DNA of 63,917 nt, counting the filler, from Octopus bimaculoides (taxonomy: Eukaryota), in the NCBI RefSeq assembly GCF_001194135.2. It is 6 parts of 5 records of this genome, joined end to end, with 100 filler letters (N's around TTAATTAATTAA, not from the genome) between each part and the next. Parts side by side here need not be neighbours in the genome. Positions count along the whole stretch, not along the records: positions 30,643 to 56,341 come from NC_068985.1; positions 56,442 to 61,906 come from NC_068993.1; positions 62,007 to 63,917 come from NC_068982.1; 3 more parts are not named here. One strand, written 5' to 3'. The notes below the pieces were generated by a model. The model was given only the letters and a program-made list of their open reading frames with translations, was not told the origin of the DNA and ran no database searches. The first letter of the stretch is position 1. Every line of letters begins with the position of its first letter. The translations under genes and the position numbers were made by a program. Positions 51,276 through 62,380 of the stretch are shown here, one piece after another.

Positions 51276-53672
51276 GCACACACACACATACATGTATGCA
51301 CGTATATATAATCACCTAAGTGTGCTCCACAATGAACAAGCTATAGCAGATTCCTCAGGACACACCACTTTGGACAGCGAATAGCGTGAGTAATAACTAG
51401 ACTTGAATTCCTCGATATCGATGTTGCAATAATAATCAATTTTGAACACAAAATAAACACATTTCAGAATAGAAACACACAACATAAGAATTCCTTCGCG
51501 AATCAATAAAATTGTATCGATGCTACAGAATTGTGCAATTACCAGGCCATAATCTGGATCATATTTATTAAAGCAAATAAATGCATTGGACATGTCAGTA
51601 GATGTAAACTTTTCATTAGAGAAGCGCTAAAGATATTGATATTAACAGTGATACAGTATGTATATAATGTTCGACATTCCTGGGAAAAAAAACTTGCATA
51701 CGCACAAAATATTCCGAATATTTTGAAGACATCTCTAGTTTGGTCAACTAGTATTTCAGCTCCGGCGGCATTTTAACTCAGAACGTAAAGTCGGAAAAAA
51801 TGCATTTTCCTTGTCTAATATCAAAATTCTAAAAACAATTATATTTCACACTTTCTATTCACGCGTGAATAGGTACGTATATATTACAACCACCAGCAAA
51901 GCCTAAACATATCTATTTATTTTTATATTCTGTCTTGTCCAGCCACGGAAAGGATGTACGGCACAACAAATATTCGTCTTTGCTGAGTAACTTCACTAAC
52001 ATTAGTTTTCTGAATAATATACGTTCTAAGGAGTACTTATTCTCAATACTTTCCCAGTACGATTAAACAACTCAACTCATTAATATATATAATAACAATT
52101 AGAAACACTACATCATATTTCAAGGATGACCTGCTTTATAGTAGTTTTGTCAACATAATGCATAATTTCCTAATCGCAATGCACATAAAAAAAAAAACCT
52201 ATTTACTGCTTCGGTTTCAAATTTACTTTATCACTTATTCCAATAAAAATATTTCGTCTTGTCAACTTTATTTTCTTGCTTCTGTATCAAACGTTATCGA
52301 TATTATTATTGCATCCAAGCCATTACGATTTTTGTAGCGACTCTCATTCTTACATGCTAGCATGAAAATACAAAAGCGAATGAAAACTCTTTTATGATCA
52401 GCTTTAGAGAAAAAAAAAACATATAAATGACAAACAATACGAAAAGCAAAAATCGCATATATGGACACCTTTTAAATCAAATTTCATAAACTTCAGAGTA
52501 GGTGTAATCAAGTTGGCGACGTTTTGTGTGTTAGAAGATGGTAGTGTTAGCCTATTTCCCAATATATATATAAAACAGATTACTAGTAATTTAGTTGCGA
52601 AGCAGACATGTATAAAACTGAGGTCAATATTGTCTAGAAATATAATATAAGCAGAGAATATTAAATGAAGTTGCTGACACTGAAGTTAAATATTAATTTG
52701 CATGAAACAAGCTACCCCATTAATAGAAATATAATTCACATGAAGTGTTTTGTAACGAGCAAACGGTAAAACACAGACTTGCATTAAATTTTTATTTTGA
52801 TTTTCTGCTAAGCGGGAAGCAATTTATAGAAGACATTATGACAAAATAGAAAATTATCTCTGCCAAAAGTTTCCAAATGTATTCGATAATATTGAAAGTT
52901 ATGTTATATTGTGTATTGAAAAATGCAATAAACACCGAAAGAAAATTCCACTTTCTCTCACCGTATGTTGTACTAATGACGTTACCTAATCGTTTATTGC
53001 CAAAATGCATATTTTGCTATCTCGTATTCAAAATTTCACGACAGCTGCTGGGTGAAAAATGACATGAGGTAATATTTTGGAAACCTGGTAACGTTTAATG
53101 CTGTGTTCATCTTTAACATTAGGTAGCATGTACGTTTAAATCGATGTGTATGTATGGTCAAATAATACTGTTCGTCAGGTATGGATATTCTTTGACTTTT
53201 CCAATTCACCGAATACATTATATTTCTGACATCACATGCAGATAAACTTTCTTTTGCTATATTTACGCTATGCCATGAGGATGTTTTAAGCTATAGTATT
53301 CATCATTAGTGCAGGACGGATATTCAATTTCTTCGGTTATGTGCTATGTTTTCGAATATGGCGTTCTTAACATTTCGTCATTCAAAAATAGTGATGCGTT
53401 AATAATTTTCTCACTTTCTATTTATGTTCAGAAAATTCAGAGATATTCCTTTATTCTTCCACTATAGGACAATCGAGTGGTTGAAAAATACCTCACGGTT
53501 TTAAGTTCTAATGTATCAGCATCAGGTCTTCGCACTTCTCTAATCTATATAGCATCTTATAAACTGGTGGGATGAAGCGTTCGAAGTGAAGTGTTTCAAC
53601 AAAAAATTATGCAATAAATAAAAAAAATCTCTGTATGTATATTTTGAAAAAAAACAGACCCGGATGCCTTAC

Positions 53673-53884
53673 ACGATTCAAGTAGCGGCAACATCTTTTT
53701 AATGCATCGACACACGCATTAGTAGCGGTCGAGGTTTTTGCAAGGTAGTCGAATATTATCAAAGGAGACGGCTTAATTCCCTCGCGAATTTTCAATGTAG
53801 CTGAGACCAGATTTTCAGGAAATGAGTAGCAGACCGAGCGTTCATAGGCGCGGAGGACAAACTCTATATTAGGCTTTAAGGCTT
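53673..53884 (-). CDS. Candidate 212-nt internal exon (EALKPNIEFVLRAYERS…CCRYLNR)
   Basis: 70 open codons, CpG-retaining; acceptor TACTTTTAG| preceded by ~55 nt without AG; donor CGT|GTAAGG. Protein family not recognised. Confidence 0.35.
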
Positions 53885-54197
53885 CTAAAAGTATTTCGAG
53901 ATTTACGACAGGATACGATTGTTTGGAAAATTGCAAATACAAGCCTCACTAAATTTTTTATGCAGCAAATCCAAGAGCACTTAAGAACATCCGAAAGAAA
54001 TCATTCACCAAACATTAGGTACATTCCATAATGCCTGAAATTTGTTTTTCTAGTTATTTTCTACGAGGTATGGAGAAGCAGTGTAATGTAAATTCCATTC
54101 GGGGTTATTTATGTTTCAGACGATGGTCCTGGCTACAAGTAAATCGCAGTTGATTTTCATCCTAATATCACCGTATTTTGCCTACGCTCTAACATAT

Positions 54198-54517
54198 AGC
54201 TTCATGAATATCGACATCAGGAAGAGACTTAGTAATCGGAAGCAAACAAAGGCACTTTACAATCGGAGAAATACAGGGAATGTTTGTGCGTTTTTGGTGT
54301 AAAGAAAAAAACTTGGTGTCGTTGCAAAAACAAAGAAAAAAACGGAACATACTTAGGGGATATAGATTACGATGCGCAAATTCACGAAGAGAAGCAATCG
54401 CTAATAATTGATGAGTCAAAGGAGCTTCATGAATATCAACATCAAGAAGAGGCTTAGCAATCGGGACCAAACTCAAGACACTTCACGATCGAAAGAAAAA
54501 AGGAATTTTTTGTGCGT
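54198..54517. repeat. Imperfect ~95-bp direct repeat, period 225
   Basis: AGCTTCATGAATATC.ACATCA.GAAGAG.CTTAG.AATCGG…TTTGTGCGT at 54198-54291 and 54423-54517. Confidence 0.8.
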
Positions 54518-55057
54518 CTGAAGTCACTATCCCTTTTCAATACTATAAGCGCATTGCTTATATTTTATGGGCGCTGTTCACGATGCTTATGAACTTCACC
54601 CAGTTGTCCTGAATAGCAACAAGGGGATGTTTGTTTCAAAATATTCTAGACAAGCATTTCCGATGCGTTGAAAATCAACGACCTGAATCAGAAACGGTGT
54701 GAATTAGAAACATCTCATGCTAAACCGTTTCTTTTCGGTTCGATATCAACACTAGGAACTGGCTACTACTCCAACCCCCACTTGTGGCTAATAAAGTCCG
54801 TCGACGTCACTAATCAGGTAACGGTCTGTTTTATATTTATTTCTATTTTTTTGTTTATGTTTTGGTTTCAATTTTACTTTTCATACACTGTTTTTGTTTT
54901 TTGTTTGCTAATTGTATAATTGAATTATAGCGACCGGAAAAATGTTATTAACAAATTTCAATGAATTTTTAATGTCTTTATTTTATTTTCGTTGTACTTC
55001 GTATTTTGACGTTAGATACATGGCTTGGAATCAGTTATCAACCTAAGGCGAGATGTG

Positions 55058-55058
<1 letters not shown>

Positions 55059-55123
<65 letters not shown>
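55059..55123. repeat. (CT)n microsatellite
   Basis: Direct reading; runs into a gap. Confidence 0.95.
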
Positions 55124-55488
55124 NNNNNNNNNNNNNNNNNNNNNNNNNNNNNNNNNNNNNNNNNNNNNNNNNNNNNNNNNNNNNNNNNNNNNNNNNNNNN
55201 NNNNNNNNNNNNNNNNNNNNNNNNNNNNNNNNNNNNNNNNNNNNNNNNNNNNNNNNNNNNNNNNNNNNNNNNNNNNNNNNNNNNNNNNNNNNNNNNNNNN
55301 NNNNNNNNNNNNNNNNNNNNNNNNNNNNNNNNNNNNNNNNNNNNNNNNNNNNNNNNNNNNNNNNNNNNNNNNNNNNNNNNNNNNNNNNNNNNNNNNNNNN
55401 NNNNNNNNNNNNNNNNNNNNNNNNNNNNNNNNNNNNNNNNNNNNNNNNNNNNNNNNNNNNNNNNNNNNNNNNNNNNNNNNNNNNNNNN

Positions 55489-55523
<35 letters not shown>

Positions 55524-56309
55524 CATTCATTGATGCATACACGTGTATATATATAGACATAATACATATTTGATTTGTTATAATTCTAGTTTGATGTTTA
55601 ATTAACATTAGTGCAATGTATATTTCCTGTTAAATTTAAGTACGTTAAATAGTCATTATTAGGGTTCTTAAGTCTGCATGCTGAGCAGCTTCATTGGTTA
55701 GTAATAGGGAAAATGATTCGCGTCGCTTGTTCGCATTGTTTTCATTCTGAATCCACGTCGCTTCGAGTTTAACTTTGCCTTTCGGTTTTTGGTGTGGACA
55801 GAATGAAATTGCGATTCTTATTGCTTCTTATTCGTGACACCGAATAAAATATACCGGTCTTGAAAAAGTTATTGGATTGTTTCATTGCTGTGAGGTCGCA
55901 CAATCTTTGTTGTCAAATAAGTCATCCCCACAAGGCCTTAAGTATTGCCTTCCTCAACCCACAAAATATCATTTACAGTAATTCAACAAACATTACTCGC
56001 TGCCAGAAACGTTTCTAGTAATGTTTGTTTCTGATAAGTCAGCTTTTAAAACTGTACAGAATCTTTAGGGCAATAACAAACTCACCAATAGTATTTATTA
56101 GAATTTTATCATAAAAAAGTCATGCCGCATGAAATGAAATCATTGGCATTACCTTCAAATTATCATTGATTTTATATTTTTCATAAATCGGTCGTTAATC
56201 AGTTAGCTACAGCACATTAGCTCACGAACTGGCTAAAGTGATAAACCGGTGTACAAATGTGAGTGTGTGCGTGTATGCACGTGAGTGTATATAAACAAAT
56301 ATTCATAGG

Positions 56310-56341
<32 letters not shown>

Positions 56342-56441
56342 NNNNNNNNNNNNNNNNNNNNNNNNNNNNNNNNNNNNNNNNNNNNTTAATTAATTAANNN
56401 NNNNNNNNNNNNNNNNNNNNNNNNNNNNNNNNNNNNNNNNN

Positions 56442-56815
56442 GTGTTTTTGGTAATTTCTGGTGGGGAGGCTCTGGTCTTGTGCAGCAATTAAAAATTCTT
56501 CAGTCTCTGCTTTTAGTCCTGAGCTTCTCAGCCATTGCTGGGATTTTTCTCTGTCTATTTCTTTCGCATTTAGTTTAGCCCAGTATTTACCATGTAGGGG
56601 TTTTTCTTGCCATCGTTTTATCATGGTCCGTTGCTGTTCTAGTTTTAGTTTGGATTTCATTTGTTTTATAGCTTTTGTTGTTTCTTCTTCTTCTTCTTCG
56701 TATTTGTTAGGTAGATTGATTTCTTGTTTGTATTTGTCAGCTTCCTTAAATACTGAAAACAGTTCTTTGTTTTGCTCGTGTTTTGTGGCTATTTGTATTA
56801 GATTCCCTTGCTTCT
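56442..56815 (-). mobile_element. 5'-truncated R4/Dong-like LINE (post-RT region)
   Basis: Open frame KQGNLIQ…RWQEKPLHGKY…WLRSSGLKAETEEFLIAAQDQSLPTRNYQKH; LHG / ETEGxIxAAQDQ / TRNY are typical of R4-group LINEs. Runs into a gap. Confidence 0.85.
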
Positions 56816-56831
56816 AGAGTAGGTATTTTTG

Positions 56832-56832
<1 letters not shown>

Positions 56833-56895
<63 letters not shown>
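56833..56895. repeat. (ATT)n microsatellite
   Basis: Direct reading. Confidence 0.95.
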
Positions 56896-57966
56896 GTGGC
56901 CGTCAGCCTGTGAAATCATACATGTCGGACCTCTATAATTTGTGTTTCATCAAGCATTTCGTTTGGTTGCAGCCCGTTTATTCAAAAAATTTATTTAACA
57001 ATTTTGTTTGCTTATATTGTCAGGATCGTGGTGGTAACGTTTTGTTTAATTGCACCCCAATTTTGCGGGGTGCAATAATTGCTTTGCATTTTTGCATTTT
57101 TTTTTGTGAAGGCAGGATTTTATTCATTTTTTTTCATTTTAAAAATGTCTCATTATGAAAAAATTATAATAATTGACTCAGAGCAGCGATCAGTTGACTT
57201 CGATCAAGACCAGAGTTCTGCTATAACTGCCAACAGAAACTCAGCTGAAGGTGAAATAAATTTCTCGACAAAAAGAAATATAAATTTCTCTTGTTGCTAT
57301 GACGTCGGTAACAAGTGCAAAATACTAGCAGCAGCGATAATGGTGACGACAACGACTACAGCAGCTGCAACAATATGTACAACAGCAGCAGCACTACCAC
57401 AACCACAAACAGCAGAAACAACAATAACAGCACCTATCAACAAGACCATTGGCAACAAGGTAAACAAGATCGAAGACAAAAAGTCTAACATAAACAACAA
57501 AATTGAAAACAACAATAACAGTGATAACTGTGGAAAATAACATCAACGACAACGACACCATCAACAACAACAACAGCAGTAGCAGCATCAGCAATAATAA
57601 CACGATGCACCTCAAAAAAGCTACTTCCTTTTCTAAAGCCGTTAGCAATTGGACTATTTTTTCAGTGGATGACTTTAAAAATATGGCACCGAAATACAAG
57701 TGACATTATGAAACTACGTTAGTGAGGAGGAAAAAAACCCTCCGAAAGACGATCAATTTTTTTATAAGTGTGTTTCTCGCAAAGAGACGAAATTTAAATC
57801 TCCTACTCCGGCAGAGACTGAAAAATGCCTCGAAGATGTATGCCCCTCAGTGCTACACATACAAAAAGATAAACAATATGGGATGATCGTTGCTATATGC
57901 AGCAGTGAGCAAGAAGACAGAAGAATGGCTACTATAACTTGCACGTCCCAGGCTTTTGTAATGGCT

Positions 57967-58343
57967 TGTACATTATTTACATTTGACGGATATTTGTCCT
58001 CATCTTGTTTTTTTTTTTGTTAACACAACGTTTCGGTATATGGCGTAGTGGTTAAGAGCGCGGGTTGCTAACTCCAAGATCCCAAGTTCGATTCCAGGCA
58101 GTGACCGGAATGATAATAATAATAATAATAATAATGATGATGATGATGATGATAATAATAATAATAACATCTAATAATACCTTAAGAATGAGAACCCAGG
58201 TTCAAAATTTCCCCAAGACACCTGATGAAGGTTGGAGAGTATATCAACCAAAACGTTGTGTTAACAACAAACAAGATGAGGACAAATATCCGTTAAATGT
58301 TAATAATGTACATAATTCCTCATCTCTAAAATATAGAACTGTA
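57967..58343 (+). mobile_element. SINE family E: tRNA-headed, hammerhead-tailed element with 5' inverted arm
   Basis: TSD TTTTGTAATG(G/A)CT at 57954-57966 and 58344-58356; inverted arm 57967-58036 versus 58248-58312; A box TGGCGTAGTGG 58041-58051; B box GTTCGATTCC 58086-58095; (AAT/GAT)n ~58109-58167; hammerhead 58218-58261. Confidence 0.85.
58218..58261 (+). ncRNA. Type I minimal hammerhead motif (G12>A in this copy)
   Basis: Stem I ACAC/GTGT; CTGATGA 58222-58228 plus A; stem II GGTTG/CAACC; AAAAC instead of GAAAC at 58250; loopless palindromic stem III ACGT; GUU triplet 58255-58257. Confidence 0.7.
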
Positions 58344-61300
58344 TTTTGTAATGACTCTCCATTACTTGGGTAAAATGTTGACTCGAATTCGAGTCAAGAA
58401 CGTGGCGGGTCACTGATCCGGCGAGTGTTTTAGCCATTCTGGAGGAGCAAGGGGAGATTGTGGAGGTGAAGCCCACTCACAGCTCATCAGGACTGGAATT
58501 CTTATGGAATTCCAGATACTAGTTTCTCCAGAAGAAATAAATCGTATTCCCGATTTTTTTCTGTTTCGAGGAATGTGAACAAATGCCAGTTTCTATAGAA
58601 GGGAAACAAAAATAGAATTGTTCCGTGTGTGGGAATTGGGACCACCTCAAAGCCTTTTGCCCCGCGGTGAAGAAAGCACGAAGCTCTCCACCGTTGCTAC
58701 CAACTCCTCAAGTTGGGGAAAAAAAACTATTACCTCGCATCTACCTCCTTCCTCCGACTAGGACCTCACAAAAGCAAAGTCCTCATTGGCTTCGCAAAGG
58801 CCTTTGTCGGAGATAAGAGAAAGACTGAAAATGAACTAAACAGATACCGGCCCAAATTGAAAGCCATAAGACATGACGGTAAAAAACAAAATCCGTCACA
58901 ACACCAATTTAAAAACAAATCAATATCTTCATCACAAAACAACCCACTTTTGCAAACATATCACAACTACAAAAACCACGAAAGCAAAAAGAAACGCCCG
59001 AAAAACAGAATGACCAGCAGTCACAGTCTCGGGTACGTGCTTCCTTCAGCAACTTCACTGTTGTTCAGATGAGCAACATTAAATTGATTGAGGAAATAAT
59101 TAATAACAAAACTCCACCGCACAGGATGGTAATACAAGCAGGTAAGGATACGTATCTCGATTTGAAAGAGAAATTATTTCAGGACATTGGAGGGTTCAGT
59201 AAGTATCCCCCCAAAAATTTCCTAGAAAAGCCCTTCCCCACTATCCTTCTATCGAAAAGAAGACTGTGTCAACAGTCATCCCTAGAGACCAAGGTACGTA
59301 ATTCTATTTATTTCCTCCAAGTTGAACGGCTAAACTTAGAGTTGATTGTGCAAATATTTGGGGCCTGGGTTCAGCTTGGAAGCATGGGCACCTGCTCAAC
59401 GATCTCAGGTCACTAAATTTAGATATGATAGCAATTAGAGAGACTAGAATTGCAGGGAAATATGCTCTTGCAAACATTTTCGAAGACTATGAGGTATTCT
59501 CATCTTGTGGCCTGTCGGGAGCGGGCGACGGTGTTGTAGTACTATTCCGAAAATCGTTAGGTGTCAAAGTAAAGAAAATCTTCTTGGACCCGAACGGTAG
59601 CCTGGTGGTCCTATATGTGAATGGCGGTGAAGGTACCACCTTTAGATTGATGGTCGTGAATGCTCCGGAAGGGGCTGGGCGACCAGATTTCTTCAGTCGT
59701 CTAGAAACATTTCTGGGAACGTTTCACACTTTAGTACTAGTAGGGGACTGGAATAGTATTTTGTACGCAGTGAAGGGCTGTACATAGAAAAGGTGGTTGT
59801 AAAAGCCTCGAAAACCTGGTCAGAAACTTCCAGATTACGTGCCAGTGTGGACATGGATCCATCACAATGGATCATCCAGATCGAATCTAGATACAGTATA
59901 TGTTAGGTCAGTGGATAAGGATGCTACAGGGTGTCTACAACAGAAATTGGTCATCGGCACAGACCACAAAATTGTGATCTATACAGTCGATTTAATTAGG
60001 ACGCGTAGACAGGGACCCGGTTACTGGAAGTTGAACCCGTCCTCTACGGCACGCAAAGACTGCATGGAAAGTATTAGCGAACTAGTTAAGTCGCAGTTGA
60101 AGGGGGTAATCGTTAACAATCGGCCCTGAATAGATCTGAAGAGGGCGATTAGAGCAGAATCAGTAGTATCTAGCAAAGAGTTAGCAATAGAAAGAAACAA
60201 ATCAGAGGGAGAACTAGTTAGCAAATTAGCGGAGGCATCGAGACTGACGTGTTCGCGGCGAGAATGACTCTTGATCATTTCTTTTCGGAGAAACACGAAT
60301 GTTGCATTGTCAGAGCTAAGACCCGTACGCTAAAACATGGGAGAAGTAAAGCCGTCCAATGGGCGCAAACGGTAGAGACGCGACGTGACAACAAAATCAC
60401 GATCGGGTCTTTGATGGGTGGGGACGGGCATTGACTTCACGGTTCTGAGTAGATGTGTGCGGTTTTCAGCAGTACTTCGCACCACTGTTTGGAGGGAGCG
60501 ATGAGTCAAGGACGGTAGAGGACTTTAGTTCGTACCTAGATGGCCTGCCGCTGCTCTCAGCAACGGACCCGAGGTTCTGCGCAAAGCCGATAACGGCTGC
60601 TGATATACGAGTCGCGATGAGTGATTGCACAAGTCGCAAATCGACAGGTTTAGATGATCTGCCCTATGAATTCTATGCATTTATGCCAGATTTGTTTGGC
60701 GACCTCTTGGCAGACGCTTACCATAACTGTCAGGGTGTTGTGACGCTGCTGAAGAAGGATGCCGACAGAGGGGATATACTAGGAAATTTTGGGCCCATAA
60801 CTGTACTAAACACAAATATTAAGATTTTGGCCAAGGTGTTAATGAAAAGTTTGGCGGTTGTCGTTGGTAGTTTAGTAGGAGAATCACAAACGTGCGCAAT
60901 CTCGAACAGGCCTATCCACGACAACTTCTACATCATAGCTGGAACTAAAGCTGGCTTCGATGGGGCACTGAACAATTTGGTTCAATCAAAAGCATTTGAT
61001 AGGGTCGGCCATTGCAACATGGAAGTCGTCATTAAAGTGGCTGTTTTCGGACCCGTTACGAGGAGTTGGATCACTGCAATGCACAGAAGCACCTGCTCGT
61101 TGGTCAAAGTAAGTGGCTATCAATCGGAACCGTTTAGCATTGCACGCTCGGCCTGTCAGGGCTGCCCGCTGTCACCTCTTCTGTATGTTCTGCCACTTGA
61201 ACCATGCTGTGTAAGCTGGAACAATTGAGTGGCATCTCTTTCAAAATGGGACTCGGAATACCAGTGGCAGCATACACGGACGACCTCACCGTCATGGTGT

Positions 61301-61515
61301 CGGATAACTCCAAAGTGGAGATGGTCGGCTCCATTCTAGAAGGATATGAGTCGGTTGGAAGGGCTAAAATTAATATCGAGAAGTCCGTGGGCTTGCGAAT
61401 GGGTACCTGGAGGGGCAAATCGATTCCGTCAGACGGCGTAGTCGGACGCTGGGCTGACGGACCAGTTTAACTGCTCGGAAACTGGTTTGTCCCGACCTCG
61501 TCGCCTCGCCTCAAA

Positions 61516-61853
61516 GCTAAAGTTGTTACTGAATGGCACGAGAAACATTCTAGTAAAGTTGAACGACTTATCGGACCACCACAAACCCCAGATATCAATA
61601 TTATTGCACATTTATGGTGCATTTTAGAAAAAAACAAGTAAAGAGTCAATATCCTTCACCATCATCATACACGAATCGGAGACTGTTTTAGCTGAAGAAT
61701 GGACAAAAATTCCTTTGGAAAAAATTCAAACTTTGTAAGAGTCAATACTTCGTAGAATTCAACCTGTAATTACTGCCAAAGGCGGTCCTACTCTGAATTA
61801 AAATCAATTTGATTGAAATTGTAAGGTGTTTCCATTACTTTCCCCAATCCCTG
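61516..61853 (+). mobile_element. Tc1 transposase 3' end with right terminus
   Basis: AKVVTEWHE…GPPQTPDINIIAHLW (cf. WPPQSPDLNPIEHLW)…EEWTKIP…RRI..VITAKGGPT; ends …CAATCCCTG|TA. Confidence 0.85.
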
Positions 61854-62059
61854 TACTCACACACAGACACACACACACACACACAGAGACACACACACAC
61901 ACACACNNNNNNNNNNNNNNNNNNNNNNNNNNNNNNNNNNNNNNNNNNNNTTAATTAATTAANNNNNNNNNNNNNNNNNNNNNNNNNNNNNNNNNNNNNN
62001 NNNNNNGCACGTGCTTTACTTTCACCGATAATCATATTTATTGGTCAGTGTTTTATCTC

Positions 62060-62380
62060 CGGTTATAAGTAGTAAAATTAAGGATCTCATTACCAATAAT
62101 GCAGACAACCCATCATATTCCACTTTGAATGCAGAAATTTTTTGGTGTACCTCTTCTAAAGAGAAACGATACCACCAATTAATGAAGTTTTAGGTGATAA
62201 ACAACCTTCTCAGTTGCTTAGAAAGATGAGGGATTTAGCTGAAAACAGCCCAATTGATGAAGATATGGTGAAACAATTATTTTTCTCGAGTCTCCCAAAG
62301 AATGTACAAGAGATTCTGATCATTGTTAAGGGACATACGGATCTTTTCGGTTTGGCTGCCAATTTTCAATCTCTTCAATT
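62060..62380 (+). mobile_element. Gypsy-like LTR retrotransposon gag remnant
   Basis: LGDKQPSQLLRKMRDLA…KQLFFSSLPKNVQEIL matches the common gag motif LGDRKPSQLLRxM…LFLxxLPxxVxxIL. Confidence 0.65.

Larger units (their letters stand above)
56896..61500 (+). mobile_element. L1/Tx1-like LINE, near full length, degraded, 3' end lost
   Basis: ORF1 from ATG 57145: low-complexity N-terminus, HYLGK motif, CCHC knuckle CSVCGNWDHLKAFC at 58619-58660. ORF2 from ~59335: APE motifs (DMIAIRETR, LVGDWN, SNLD, TDHK) and RT motifs (KSTGLDDLPYEFY, GPITVLNTNIKILAK, KAFDRV, QGCPLSP, YTDD at 61273). Many stops and frameshifts. Confidence 0.9.

Noticed and set aside
4359-55608. Many long ORFs in the supplied track (poly-X, YIYI, HTHT, CVCV, poly-Q/L/T/H)
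   Set aside because: They are read-throughs of N gaps and microsatellites with no coding evidence.
57079-57703. Low-complexity plus-strand ORFs as a host gene
   Set aside because: They continue into Tx1-like ORF1 and ORF2 sequence, so they are the LINE ORF1 N-terminus.
58037-58107. tRNA genes at the SINE heads (also 4137-4210)
   Set aside because: A and B boxes are present, but acceptor and anticodon stems do not close and each continues into repeat body; they are tRNA-derived heads.
58460-58495. Minus-strand CTGATGA (58484-58490)
   Set aside because: No downstream GAAA or stem III; it lies in LINE ORF1.
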